Source of the DNA: the human T2T-CHM13v2.0 reference genome, Homo sapiens
Reading direction: 5' to 3' (one strand)
DNA length: 64,000 bases
Assembly: GCF_009914755.1 (NCBI RefSeq)
Contig: NC_060936.1
Positions within the stretch are counted from its first letter, which is position 1; each line of letters begins with the position of its first letter. Below the pieces are notes generated by a model that saw only the letters and a program-made list of their open reading frames with translations, ran no database searches and had not been told where the DNA came from. This document shows positions 63,286-64,000 of this stretch, in pieces. Both the position numbers and the translations under genes were made by a program.

Positions 63286-63724
63286 TGTGATGTGCTGACT
63301 TGGATGGGACAAAGTGTACCCATATTAAACATTGTTTCTGTGTGTGTCTGTCAGGGTGTTTCTGGGTGAAGTTAGCATCTGAATTTGTGGGCTCAGTAAG
63401 GTTGATTGCCCTCCATGGTGGGCATCATCAATACACTGAGGGCCTTAACAGAACAAAAGGTGAATGAAGCAAAATTTTGCCCCTCTTTTTTTCCTGCCTC
63501 ATTGCTGGAGCTGAACATCTTATCTCCTCCTGCCCTGGGACTGGGATTTACATCCGTGGCCTTGTTTGCAGGTTTTCGGACTCAGTGAATTACACTGCTG
63601 ACTCCTGGGTTTCCTGCTTTCAGATGGCAGACAGTGGGACTTCTCAGTCTCTATAATTGTGTGAGCCATTTCCCACATGTCAATCTTATTGGTTCTGTTT
63701 CTCTGAACAACCCTCATGAATATA
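63286..63724 (+). mobile_element. MLT2-family ERVL solo LTR
   Basis: aaacattgtttctgtgtgtgtctgtcagggtgtttctgg...cagatggcagacagtgggacttctcag...ttattggttctgtttctctg. Confidence 0.8.
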
Positions 63725-64000
63725 ACCTCTTCCTCTTCTCCTTTTCTCTTCTTATTCTCTGTTACTCAGTTTATTTCTATTATTCAGTTTATTATTTTCC
63801 TTCTTCCCTAATCTCAGCTTCCCGTTTCTCAATTATTCCAAAGATTTAAAAAAAAGGTAATTAACAAAAATGAAACAAAACAAAACTTGATTGACAATGA
63901 GGAAATGTGCATACAAACAATTAATTTAAACACTCACTGAGTACCTACTATGTGCAAAGTCATTAGGATTAAGAAACATGGTTGCTATCCTTGTACATCT

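Overview
AT-rich primate (almost certainly human) genomic DNA lying inside SLC2A13 (HMIT/GLUT13, H+/myo-inositol cotransporter), transcribed on the minus strand. Only two coding exons are present: 17665-17828 (164 bp) and 10629-10749 (121 bp), which by my recollection of the gene structure are exons 5 and 6. The rest is intron filled with Alu/FLAM, L1, L2/MIR, MaLR/ERVL LTRs (including a two-LTR MST provirus), hAT/Tigger/Mariner relics and a 1.1-kb alternating purine-pyrimidine VNTR. Nearly all ORFs in the track are repeat-derived or chance. I see no evidence of a new multi-gene system. The most interesting signals are: (i) a TSD-bounded chimeric insertion of an L1 3' end fused head-to-head to a tRNA-Tyr 5' half that ends in the anticodon loop; (ii) inverted Alus around exons 5-6, whose back-spliced circle would be a stop-free 95-codon endless ORF; (iii) a 32-bp direct repeat bracketing exon 5; (iv) a palindromic double TCF/LEF site in a motif-dense unique segment; (v) a duplicated plus-strand poly(A) cassette. 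Repeat subfamily calls come from remembered consensus sequences, and boundaries of old repeats are approximate.
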